DNA from: a virus
Lineage: Duplodnaviria; Caudoviricetes
IMG/VR virus record: IMGVR_UViG_3300037067_015211
Coordinates: 1 to 64,000 of that record
DNA length: 64,000 nt
Reading direction: 5' to 3' (one strand)
Every line of letters begins with the position of its first letter. The first letter of the stretch is position 1. Shown piece after piece: positions 8,603-17,280 of this stretch. Made by a program: the position numbers and the translations under genes. The notes below the pieces were generated by a model. That model worked only from the letters and a program-made list of their open reading frames with translations. It was not told where the DNA came from and did not search any database.

Positions 8603-10465
8603 TTATGGCTGGAAAAGATACGACCTCTTTATTTTTTCGAATTCCCCCCTATCTTGGGGAAGGATGTAAGGCTCTACTGCTTCAAGGTTTGCGTTAGGAA
8701 TATGTGCATATTCCAGTGCCCTTTGGCTCTTCTTTGACTTATCTAGTATGTTGTTCAGATGGGCAACAACATTGTCGGAGAAGTAATACGCCTTTTCCGG
8801 CATCTTCGCAAGAGCCTCAATTAAGTTTTCATTGCCAACAAGTCTTAATATCGCTTCATTTATTTTCTCATCGAACTTCTCTGCCCCTGTTTTAGTATTA
8901 TAGCCAGTGGAAACCTCCTCTAATTTTTCTTCCACCTGATTGTACGTCCGTGTGGACAGCGGGTCTTCCAAGTCTGCCAAAACATCGTCATAGTGTTCTT
9001 TTACATAAAGAATGCCGGATGGCAGGTCTGGTAAATCATATTGGAGCTGCGCCCATTTACCCACAAACAATAAAATATTGTCTCCAAAATTATTGTAATA
9101 TCCATTTTCAAGTGCTGTTAATGCATCATACAAATCATCAATGTTGTCCATATAAAAATTGACAGTGGCAAATATCCCATCATCATCTCCAATTTGCATT
9201 TCGTCGCTAAGTGTATATTCAAAAAACTCATGCTTATATTTGGACTCAATTAATTTAGTCTCTATATCACCAAATAATTGATATCCAATTGCTTCTTGCA
9301 ATGTCCATTTATCGTAATTTTGCTCCTCGACATATATATTCCACAAAAAATAAATATCGTCTTGTTTCAATGCCTCGTCTACAACAATTTGTGCAATCCT
9401 TTCTCCCTGAGCGTCTTCCCCATCATAAATATTCATGATATTTACATTCTGCCAATATCGCTTATAATTGGCCCGTATATCTTCTTCAGAGATGTTAGAT
9501 AAATCAACTGCATTTTGTTTGTCGCCAACAATTTCCAAACCCTTATCATCGGCCCATTTTTTAACAAACTTAGGGGCGGGTTCTTTAGGGCGTCTGTTGA
9601 AATCTCCCTTTATTTGCGTGATTTCACCTCTGCGCGGATCTACCTCTACTGTAACATATGGTTCATCACCCATATAAAACGTATACAGTTCCACCTCGCC
9701 AATTTTTACATCCCGACAATACCGTTCGTAGTAACTTCCGGCGTAACAATGATGAAGTTTTTTACCAGTAGAATAAATTTCTACATTCGTGTGTAGGTTT
9801 TTTATCTGCATTTCTTCATCATCGATAGAGACTGTTTGCCGATCCCCAAATTTTCCAACACGATATACCTGTACTTCGCCGCCAAGATTCTTTTCTTTCA
9901 AATATACTAGCCCTCGTTGGTGCCAATCTCGTGATGCCTGTTGCGCGGCCCTATAATCGGTCTCAGAAAGATTCGGCCTATTCGCATACCACCAGTCAAA
10001 TACCATCCCTAGCTGTTGGATTTGAGTGCTTTTATAGCCACCCTCAACCCAATCAACAAATTGTTGTATTTCGGCCTCGTTCTTTGCCCGGTTCTTTATC
10101 TGTTCTAACGCGGCCTTGTCTTCATCATTCAAATCAGTGTCGCTAACCGATATCATTTCCTGCAATTTGTTTGCGTCATTTGTGGCAACGATTTGTTCCC
10201 ATGTAATTTTGGGATCAATTTTGTTTGCCTTTTGCAAATTGTCGTACTGGGTTATCACGAATTGTGGATTTTGTTTAATGGCCAATATTGGAAGAACTAT
10301 CCCGCCGGGTATGCCAAACTCGGATTTAATCAAATCGGCAATCTCTTTTGATTTTACTGGCTGGCCAGATTCGGATGCCAAAAGAGTATCCGTTAGCTTG
10401 GCGGTAAGAATTTTTGCAAATATTTGCTTTTTGTTGCCTTTTACCCAAGAGCGATAAATATTCAT
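8603..10465 (-). CDS. Large protein with PcfJ-like domain
   Basis: ASRDWH...LHHCYAGSY...PYVTVEV...ITQIKGDFNRRP; MNIYRSWVK leader. Confidence 0.65.
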   Translation of the reverse strand: MNIYRSWVKGNKKQIFAKILTAKLTDTLLASESGQPVKSKEIADLIKSEFGIPGGIVLPILAIKQNPQFVITQYDNLQKANKIDPKITWEQIVATNDANKLQEMISVSDTDLNDEDKAALEQIKNRAKNEAEIQQFVDWVEGGYKSTQIQQLGMVFDWWYANRPNLSETDYRAAQQASRDWHQRGLVYLKEKNLGGEVQVYRVGKFGDRQTVSIDDEEMQIKNLHTNVEIYSTGKKLHHCYAGSYYERYCRDVKIGEVELYTFYMGDEPYVTVEVDPRRGEITQIKGDFNRRPKEPAPKFVKKWADDKGLEIVGDKQNAVDLSNISEEDIRANYKRYWQNVNIMNIYDGEDAQGERIAQIVVDEALKQDDIYFLWNIYVEEQNYDKWTLQEAIGYQLFGDIETKLIESKYKHEFFEYTLSDEMQIGDDDGIFATVNFYMDNIDDLYDALTALENGYYNNFGDNILLFVGKWAQLQYDLPDLPSGILYVKEHYDDVLADLEDPLSTRTYNQVEEKLEEVSTGYNTKTGAEKFDEKINEAILRLVGNENLIEALAKMPEKAYYFSDNVVAHLNNILDKSKKSQRALEYAHIPNANLEAVEPYILPQDRGEFEKIKRSYLFQP

Positions 10466-10534
10466 AACAACTCCCTATATCTATATATATTATAATATCT
10501 AAATAAAAAAATATTATCTAAATCATAAATTTTT

Positions 10535-11797
10535 TCAGGAAATATCCAAAAACCATTTCGTTACCGTTCCACAAAACTTACCGGAATCTAATGATCCCGT
10601 GTTTGCTTCCTGCTTCCCCGAGATAACTTGCTTAGGCTCTTTCGAGCCTAAGTATTGGTTATTCTCTCCACAGGCTTTAATTCCGGCAGAACTTGCCGTA
10701 CTAGGATATTTCTCTAGGTTAATAGCCGCGTTTAAATCCCGGTCTATTTCCAAGCCACATGCTTCGCACTTATAGATTCTATCAGCCAAAGTTAGGTCTT
10801 TCTTGATATTGCCACACTTGTTGCATTTCTTTGAACTGGGATAGAATCTATCTACTACGACTATTTTACAATTATACCACTCTGCTTTGTACTCAAGCTG
10901 TCTTCTAAATTCAGCCCAACCCACATCTGAAATAGCCTGAGCTAGACAATGATTCTTAATCATATTAGAGGGAGATAAATCCTCAATCACTATTCTTGAC
11001 TTGGTTTTCGTCAAGTATGTTGTTAGCTTATGAAGAGTATCTCGTCTAATACACGATATCTTATAGTGTAGTTTAGATAACTTTATTCTGGATTTTTCTT
11101 TGTTCTTGCTTCCTTTCTGTTTTTTGCTATGTTTTTTCTGTAATCTCTTTAGCTTCTTTAGCCTCTTCTTAAGCGGTCTGGGATTTTCCACCACCAGACC
11201 GTCTGAACAAACTGCCAGTTCTTTTAACCCTAGATCAACTCCTACTGTGCCTTCTCTTGGTTTAAAAGAAACTCTCTTGGGTATATCGAACGAAATTGCC
11301 ACAAACCACTTACCGGCCTTCTCGGATATAGTAGCTTGGGTAATCCTTAAATTGGTTGGTACATATGATTTTTCTTTTAATCTTACTCTGCCAATTCTGG
11401 GCAATTTTACACAATCATCATAAACATATATTGGTTCACAAAGAGTGAAGCTTCCTATTCCATTTTTCCGAGATTTAAATCTTGGAAATCCCTTCTTGCC
11501 CTTCTTTTTATTCTTACAGTTTCTAAAGAAATTCTTATAGGCTTTTTCAAGATTTCTCAATGCTTCTTGTGGCACCCATTTAGAAACTTCACGTAGCCAA
11601 GGGTAATCTGTATTTTTAAGCTTAACTAACTCTTTATGTAGATCGATAGCGGTTAGAAACTTATTGCCATTCTTTTTATTTTCTATCTGTCTATTTAATC
11701 CCAAATTATAAGTAAACCTAGCCACCCCACAGTGCTTGACCAGCAATGTTCTTTGCTTATTGTTTGGTTTCAATTCTGTCTTAAAACTTTTTCTCAT
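10535..11797 (-). CDS. tnpB: TnpB RNA-guided endonuclease (IS607-type), intact
   Basis: RuvC D (GVDLG), E (VIEDL), D (DRDLNAA); CxxC..CxxC finger; STASSAGIKACGE tail. Confidence 0.92.
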   Translation of the reverse strand: MRKSFKTELKPNNKQRTLLVKHCGVARFTYNLGLNRQIENKKNGNKFLTAIDLHKELVKLKNTDYPWLREVSKWVPQEALRNLEKAYKNFFRNCKNKKKGKKGFPRFKSRKNGIGSFTLCEPIYVYDDCVKLPRIGRVRLKEKSYVPTNLRITQATISEKAGKWFVAISFDIPKRVSFKPREGTVGVDLGLKELAVCSDGLVVENPRPLKKRLKKLKRLQKKHSKKQKGSKNKEKSRIKLSKLHYKISCIRRDTLHKLTTYLTKTKSRIVIEDLSPSNMIKNHCLAQAISDVGWAEFRRQLEYKAEWYNCKIVVVDRFYPSSKKCNKCGNIKKDLTLADRIYKCEACGLEIDRDLNAAINLEKYPSTASSAGIKACGENNQYLGSKEPKQVISGKQEANTGSLDSGKFCGTVTKWFLDIS

Positions 11798-11892
11798 GCT
11801 GTTTATTATAGCCTATTTATGTGATATTTTCTATTTAATTTTAAATAATTTATTGCAAATTTTTGCATAATTTTGAATAGCTATTCAAAACC
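10564..11892 (-). mobile_element. IS607-like tnpB-only element, copy 2
   Basis: Right end ...GTTTTGTGGAACGG, left boundary TGGG; similar to copy 1; no resolvase gene. Confidence 0.75.
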
Positions 11893-11936
11893 CATGTGAA
11901 AACGTTCTTAAACAACTTTTTTGAAGGAGTGCAACA

Positions 11937-12233
11937 ATGGAAGCGTACCAAGAATTTATGAACGACGGGCGAGAAGAGATGTTTGTGGAAGAATGCAAAA
12001 ATCTTATCAAGAAACATGGGGGCAAAAATTTGTTTGTTGTTGATGGGCTGGAACTTACAGTAAATTATTGTGGTTTGAGGCATGTGGATGACCCCACCGA
12101 TGGGACACATTATGTGGAATTTCTGCCCTATCAGGACTGGGTGGACTTTTGCTACAACTATGATTTTAATCTGCAAAACGATATATCTGAAGAGGATATG
12201 AAAAAATTGTTTAAAGCATGGGGAATTTTCTGA
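11937..12233 (+). CDS. Hypothetical protein
   Basis: 98-aa ORF with AAGGAG RBS. Confidence 0.6.
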   Translation: MEAYQEFMNDGREEMFVEECKNLIKKHGGKNLFVVDGLELTVNYCGLRHVDDPTDGTHYVEFLPYQDWVDFCYNYDFNLQNDISEEDMKKLFKAWGIF

Positions 12234-12294
12234 AAATTCCTCTTGACAAAAGAAGATTTATAAATATAATATTTTTAGTGAAAGGGGGAACAAA

Positions 12295-13164
12295 ATGGAA
12301 ACCAGAACAGATGAGCACCGACCAAGCGTAATCAATCCAGAAGACTATGAGTTTGTGGCTGTAGAATATCAAAAATTAGACGAGGATATTGCTTGCATGT
12401 TCCTAGCCGATCAGCAAAGATTTATCCGTGCCCACATGAAAATAACTGGTGGAGACTATTCCACGCACAAGCATGGTGGCAATTGTCATATTTGTGGGGC
12501 ATGGTGCATTTACACAGCAATTTTTTACCACGAGAAATCCAATTCTTACATCAGAACTGGATTTGATTGTGCCGAAAAAATGCATATGGGAAACGCCACT
12601 CTATTCCGATCCTGCCGAAATGCTGTCAAGGATGCACGAGAAGCAAAGGCCGGGAAAATGAAGGCTCAGGCCATCCTGAGTGATGCTGGCTTGGAAAAGG
12701 CTTGGGATATTTATTCCACAGACGATCTTAACACGGTAGATCAGGGAATCTTTAAAGCGTACATCACTGTACGCGACATAATTGGAAAATTGGTTGCTTA
12801 TGGGGAAATTACAGACAACCAAATTGATTTTGTAAAAAAGCTTCTCGACAAAATCAACCTGTGGCCTGAAGAAAAAATTCGACGCGAAAAGGAGCGAGAA
12901 ACCGCACAAGATTGCCCAGCCGGAAGGGTGGAAATTACAGGCACAATTCTAAAAACTGAAGAAAAAACATATGGTGAGGATATTAGATTAGTCATGACCG
13001 TTAAGGACGATAGGGGTTTTTTGGTTTGGGGCACAATCCCCACAAATATTGTTGATGCCAGTCATGGAAACAGGGTATGTTTTTCCGCCACAGTGACCCC
13101 CAGCGACAGGGACAAAAAGTTTGGATTTTATAAATTTCCCAAAAAAGCAAAAATTATTGCTTGA
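12295..13164 (+). CDS. Hypothetical phage protein, Zn-binding N-terminal part and OB-fold-like C-terminus
   Basis: CHICG...GFDCA; GRVEITGTILK..VMTVKDDRGFLVWGT beta-rich tail; promoter at 12243. Confidence 0.6.
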   Translation: METRTDEHRPSVINPEDYEFVAVEYQKLDEDIACMFLADQQRFIRAHMKITGGDYSTHKHGGNCHICGAWCIYTAIFYHEKSNSYIRTGFDCAEKMHMGNATLFRSCRNAVKDAREAKAGKMKAQAILSDAGLEKAWDIYSTDDLNTVDQGIFKAYITVRDIIGKLVAYGEITDNQIDFVKKLLDKINLWPEEKIRREKERETAQDCPAGRVEITGTILKTEEKTYGEDIRLVMTVKDDRGFLVWGTIPTNIVDASHGNRVCFSATVTPSDRDKKFGFYKFPKKAKIIA

Positions 13165-13613
13165 CAAAACGAAAATTATACATAAAGTATGGGTATGTGA
13201 AAGGAGAACAAAAATGATGACGCGAAACGAAATCAAAAACGAACGGATCGAGATGGAAAACAAACCTCTGCCCGCCCTACACGAAACATTAACGGGAGCA
13301 AAGCAACTAATTATTGGAAGCGGATATCGGGTTTCGGCATCCTGCTTCGAGAACGATACGGTTATATATGCGTGTTCCGTCGAAAGTGCCGGACGCGGAA
13401 CGTTCATGCATCCCAAAGCGGAGATTATCTTCCACAAGGATCGAAATACCGTTCAGACTATAGGGTTTTGAAAGGGGCCGGAAAATACTTCCGCCACAGT
13501 GACCCCCAGCGACAGGGACAAAAAGTTTGGATTTTATAAATTTCCCAAAAAAGCAAAAATTATTACTTGACAAAGCAAAAATTGTGCATACAGTATGGGT
13601 ATGTGAAAGGAGA
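13083..13613 (+). repeat. 125-bp direct repeat (13083-13207 and 13489-13613) containing a gene end, promoter and RBS
   Basis: Near-identical copies; differences cluster around the promoter -35/-10 region. Confidence 0.92.
13214..13471 (+). CDS. Hypothetical protein between the two repeats
   Basis: AAGGAG RBS supplied by repeat copy 1. Confidence 0.6.
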   Translation: MMTRNEIKNERIEMENKPLPALHETLTGAKQLIIGSGYRVSASCFENDTVIYACSVESAGRGTFMHPKAEIIFHKDRNTVQTIGF

Positions 13614-13787
13614 TTTGTAATGAAACATATTGTTAATCTTGTGTATCGCATCAAGAGAATGATTGTTGGGAAACGTTGCCGAACTTGTGGCAAAAAAGAA
13701 TTGCCAGAACATCTATTGCAAGGCGATTGTCAGGCATGTATTGAAGATTTTATCATTCGTGGGGAATAATGTGGAAGGAGATTAAAC

Positions 13788-14198
13788 ATGGAAAAAACAG
13801 TTTGGGACATGGACGAGATTCGTAAGGAAATGGAAGCGCAAGAATGGGAAGAAATCGATAAGTGGACGGAGGAACGGCGGGTATTCCTCGGCACGGTCCT
13901 TTCGCTGTATCCCAGTGGAAAATATTACACGCCCCTTGCGAATTCCAATGTCGAAATTTGCGATGCATGTGCAAATAGTGGCTGTTTGCCGTGTGATGAG
14001 GAATCTAAATGTATCCCGCCGGAAGATTGGGAAAGTGACGGAGACGAATATCACTGTGAAGCTTGCCGTGATGCCGAATGGCAAGCAAAAGCAGAAAAAG
14101 AATTGGAAGATGCCGGATATTATATGATGGGCGGCGACGGAGATCCTTGTGATGTATTCGCCGTGGAAGCGCGTGATAAAGAAGTGGAGGAAGAATGA
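13788..14198 (+). CDS. Acidic Cys-containing hypothetical protein
   Basis: 136-aa ORF with AAGGAG RBS, overlapping the ligase start. Confidence 0.65.
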   Translation: MEKTVWDMDEIRKEMEAQEWEEIDKWTEERRVFLGTVLSLYPSGKYYTPLANSNVEICDACANSGCLPCDEESKCIPPEDWESDGDEYHCEACRDAEWQAKAEKELEDAGYYMMGGDGDPCDVFAVEARDKEVEEE

Positions 14199-15184
14199 GA
14201 AAACTAGCCAGCGTTCAAAAAATTATTGCCGTTAACGATATTCCCGGCGCAGACAATATCCAAGTGGCGTCCGTACTGGGCTGGAAATGTGTGGTCAAAA
14301 AGGGTGAATTCAAGCACAACGATCTTTGCATCTATTGTGAAGTTGATTCCATTCTCCCGCCTAGAGCGGAATTCGCCTTTCTGGAAGCCCGTGGATATCG
14401 CATCAAGACCATCAAACTCAAAGGGCAAGTCAGTCAGGGCATTTGCTTCCCGATTTCCTTGCTTCCAGACGGAATCGCCTATACCGAAGGCGATGATGTT
14501 ACAGAAACGCTTGGAGTCACAAAATACGAGCCGCCTATCGACGAATCTATCAATGGTGATGTAAGGTGTAGCTTCCCATATCAAGTGCCAAAAACGGATG
14601 AGACACGCATTCAGACCGCCCCAGAACTCCTACAGGAAATGCGCGGTAAATCAGTGTATATCAGTATCAAAATGGACGGCACCAGCACTACTATTGCCAA
14701 TATTTACGAAGACATACATGTTTGCTCACGCAACCTGTCGATGAAAGACACCGAAAAGTCCGCTTATTGGAATATTGTGCGCAAATACAACCTTGTGGAA
14801 AACCTTAAAAAATTCGGACAATTCGCCGTCCAAGGAGAACTGGTTGGACCCAAGATTCAAAACAATCCACTTTGCCTGAAGGAAACCGATCTGTATGTTT
14901 TTAATGTTTTTGACATTCAGACGCAAAAATATTTGTCCCTAGTTGACATGAAAAACGCCTGTCAAATGCTCGGGCTGAAAACAGTGCCCATTATTCAGGA
15001 AAATGTCACGTTTGACTTTACCCTCGAACAGCTACTTGAAATGGCCAAGGGTAAATACGAGGGCACCAAGAACCATCGTGAGGGCATTGTAGTGCGCCCA
15101 ATGGTAGAAACCTACAGTGATGTACTATCTGGAAGAATGTCATTTAAGGCCATTAACAACGATTACCTCTTGAAAGAAAAATAA
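14195..15184 (+). CDS. ATP-dependent RNA ligase, DRB0094 family
   Basis: MRKLASVQKI..IPGADNI N-domain, PKTDETRIQ, motif I KMDGTS, QGELVG, REGIVVR, SFKAIN. Confidence 0.9.
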   Translation: MRKLASVQKIIAVNDIPGADNIQVASVLGWKCVVKKGEFKHNDLCIYCEVDSILPPRAEFAFLEARGYRIKTIKLKGQVSQGICFPISLLPDGIAYTEGDDVTETLGVTKYEPPIDESINGDVRCSFPYQVPKTDETRIQTAPELLQEMRGKSVYISIKMDGTSTTIANIYEDIHVCSRNLSMKDTEKSAYWNIVRKYNLVENLKKFGQFAVQGELVGPKIQNNPLCLKETDLYVFNVFDIQTQKYLSLVDMKNACQMLGLKTVPIIQENVTFDFTLEQLLEMAKGKYEGTKNHREGIVVRPMVETYSDVLSGRMSFKAINNDYLLKEK

Positions 15185-15624
15185 TGAAATACGAATACTT
15201 TTGTGACGAATCATATTACGATATGTGGGCGGTCAGAGCAGTTGGGTGCAAAAATTTTTGTAAGACACAACATGTAAAAACAAAAGAAGAAGCTATTGAA
15301 TTGGTTAAAAAATTAGAAAGGAACAAAATGAACCGAATTACCAAAAATACGCCGATTATCCTGCATTACCACACCGGCGACGGCAACTACAATCGCGGTG
15401 GTGCAACGATTGTTTATGACCCCAATAAGCAAGCATTTGGAGTCGCCCTGTGCAGTTGGGACGACAACTTTAGCAAGAAGATCGGGCGCAAGCTGGCATT
15501 CGAGCGGCTTGAAAAGGGAACCATTGCCGTTGTGGAGAAGAGACCCGAGACAATCGAAGATGTGAAAATGCTTGCAAATATTATTTTTGAAAATAAGCTT
15601 ATTGAGGGCATTATTGGGAATTAA
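15184..15624 (+). CDS. Hypothetical phage protein
   Basis: GVALCSWDDNFSKKIGRKLAFERL resembles a motif common in phage proteins. Confidence 0.6.
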   Translation: MKYEYFCDESYYDMWAVRAVGCKNFCKTQHVKTKEEAIELVKKLERNKMNRITKNTPIILHYHTGDGNYNRGGATIVYDPNKQAFGVALCSWDDNFSKKIGRKLAFERLEKGTIAVVEKRPETIEDVKMLANIIFENKLIEGIIGN

Positions 15625-15637
15625 TGGGAGAAAAGTC

Positions 15638-15946
15638 ATGAAACTAAGCCCTAGTGATGAAAGACATTTTTGGCAAGGTGTTGTTGTTATCATATTTGTG
15701 TTTGCTGTCGGGGGTCTCATATTTGGTACCCCGCTCTATTTTATATTAAAGCATCAAGATGATATTTACCAAAAAGCCATCTATAAAAATGGTGATTTGG
15801 TAGAGAGAAAAATAGACGGAAAAAAGGGCCAAATACTTGCAATTCAGTGCATGCAGGATACCGTGTCCTATTCCGTAAGATATGCAGGATTTAGTTCACC
15901 AGTAGATACATATGAGTTTGAACTGAAGATTGGAGCGGAAAAATGA
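15638..15946 (+). CDS. Single-pass membrane protein
   Basis: Hydrophobic stretch GVVVIIFVFAVGGLIFGTPLYFIL. Confidence 0.55.
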   Translation: MKLSPSDERHFWQGVVVIIFVFAVGGLIFGTPLYFILKHQDDIYQKAIYKNGDLVERKIDGKKGQILAIQCMQDTVSYSVRYAGFSSPVDTYEFELKIGAEK

Positions 15947-17280
15947 ATTATTTGTTAAGCGGTTCTATCATAGCGGTTGTAATTAGTACATGGGGATACA
16001 TTAAAGAATTTTTTACCAGAATTCGTAGTCTACTTATTGTTACAATTTATATTGATAGGGATATATTGGCCGCTATTAGAGGATATGTCCTTGAGGAATT
16101 CAAACAATTTAAATTTGGAGACAGGGCTTTTACAAGCTATAATTTATTCATACGTTCATTGAATAGAAGCGGAACCGTCGCGGTGGAAAATATATTGTAT
16201 TCAAGTATATTTTTTAAAGGTTGGAAGCCATTTTTTATTGATTCGATTACCACAAACCAATATACTGGAAAAACAGAAAAAGATCAATCAATAACTGGCG
16301 ATGGATTAAAAATATCATTTATTCGTGGAACATTCGATATTGAAAAAATTCTTTTAGCCGCCACACAACGTTGGGATAAAATTGAAATTGGCGAGACAAA
16401 TGGCACTAACCGTTTTCATGTAAAAAATATAATTGGAACTTTAGGCACTAACAATGATAAAGAAGAAGGTGACGCAGGCCCCAATACAAAACAAAAAACA
16501 CTCAGCAAAAACTTTTATCGTTCTAATAAAATCATTGGCTACGATATTAACGACCTTGGTTTAAAAATACATAATGATAGTCCTACAAATTATTTGGCCT
16601 TTCCACAAAACGTAAAAGCGGAAATCAATGAAATAGGAAGATGGTTAAAATCAAAAGAATGGTATAATGAAAAAAAGATTCCTTGGAAACGGGGGTGGCT
16701 ATTATATGGGATTCCCGGCACAGGCAAAACATCCCTAGTACGAGCCTTGGGGGAATATTTTGACCTCCCCGTAGTTATATTTTCTCTATCCACATTTACT
16801 GACAGCGGGTTTATTTATGCTTGGCAATCTGCAATCTCTTGTGCGCCATGTATTGCTCTATTTGAGGACATGGATACCGTATTTCATGGGCGTACAAACC
16901 TGATGGAAGGAAATGTAATGGGGTCTAAGCCACTTGGCTTTAACACCCTGCTAAATGCAATTGACGGGGTAGAATACGCCGATGGTGTGTTCGTAATTGT
17001 AACAACCAATCATCCGGAAAAATTAGACCCAGCACTTGGTCGTGTAGAAAATGATGTGCATCAAACTAGACCGGGTAGAATTGATAAAATAATTCATTTG
17101 GATATTTTGGATGAAGAATGTAGGCGACAATTGGCATCTCGCATTCTGTCTGATTGTCCACATGAAATAGAAAGATGCGTAAAAGAAGGTGACGGCGAAA
17201 CAGGAGCCAAGTTTCAAGAAAGATGTGCTATGATTGCACTTAACAATTTTTGGGATTCTAAGGAGAAGAAAAATGTCTAA
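15943..17280 (+). CDS. BCS1-like membrane-anchored AAA+ ATPase
   Basis: N-terminal TM; IPWKRGWLLYGIPGTGKTSL, FEDMD, LLNAIDGV, TTNHPEKLDPAL, RPGRID. Confidence 0.85.
   Translation: MNYLLSGSIIAVVISTWGYIKEFFTRIRSLLIVTIYIDRDILAAIRGYVLEEFKQFKFGDRAFTSYNLFIRSLNRSGTVAVENILYSSIFFKGWKPFFIDSITTNQYTGKTEKDQSITGDGLKISFIRGTFDIEKILLAATQRWDKIEIGETNGTNRFHVKNIIGTLGTNNDKEEGDAGPNTKQKTLSKNFYRSNKIIGYDINDLGLKIHNDSPTNYLAFPQNVKAEINEIGRWLKSKEWYNEKKIPWKRGWLLYGIPGTGKTSLVRALGEYFDLPVVIFSLSTFTDSGFIYAWQSAISCAPCIALFEDMDTVFHGRTNLMEGNVMGSKPLGFNTLLNAIDGVEYADGVFVIVTTNHPEKLDPALGRVENDVHQTRPGRIDKIIHLDILDEECRRQLASRILSDCPHEIERCVKEGDGETGAKFQERCAMIALNNFWDSKEKKNV

Noticed and set aside
13121-13213. Repeated peptide MDFINFPKKQKLLLDK at the starts of two listed ORFs
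   Set aside because: Translation artefact of the 125-bp DNA repeat; the real starts are after the RBS (13214 and 13620).
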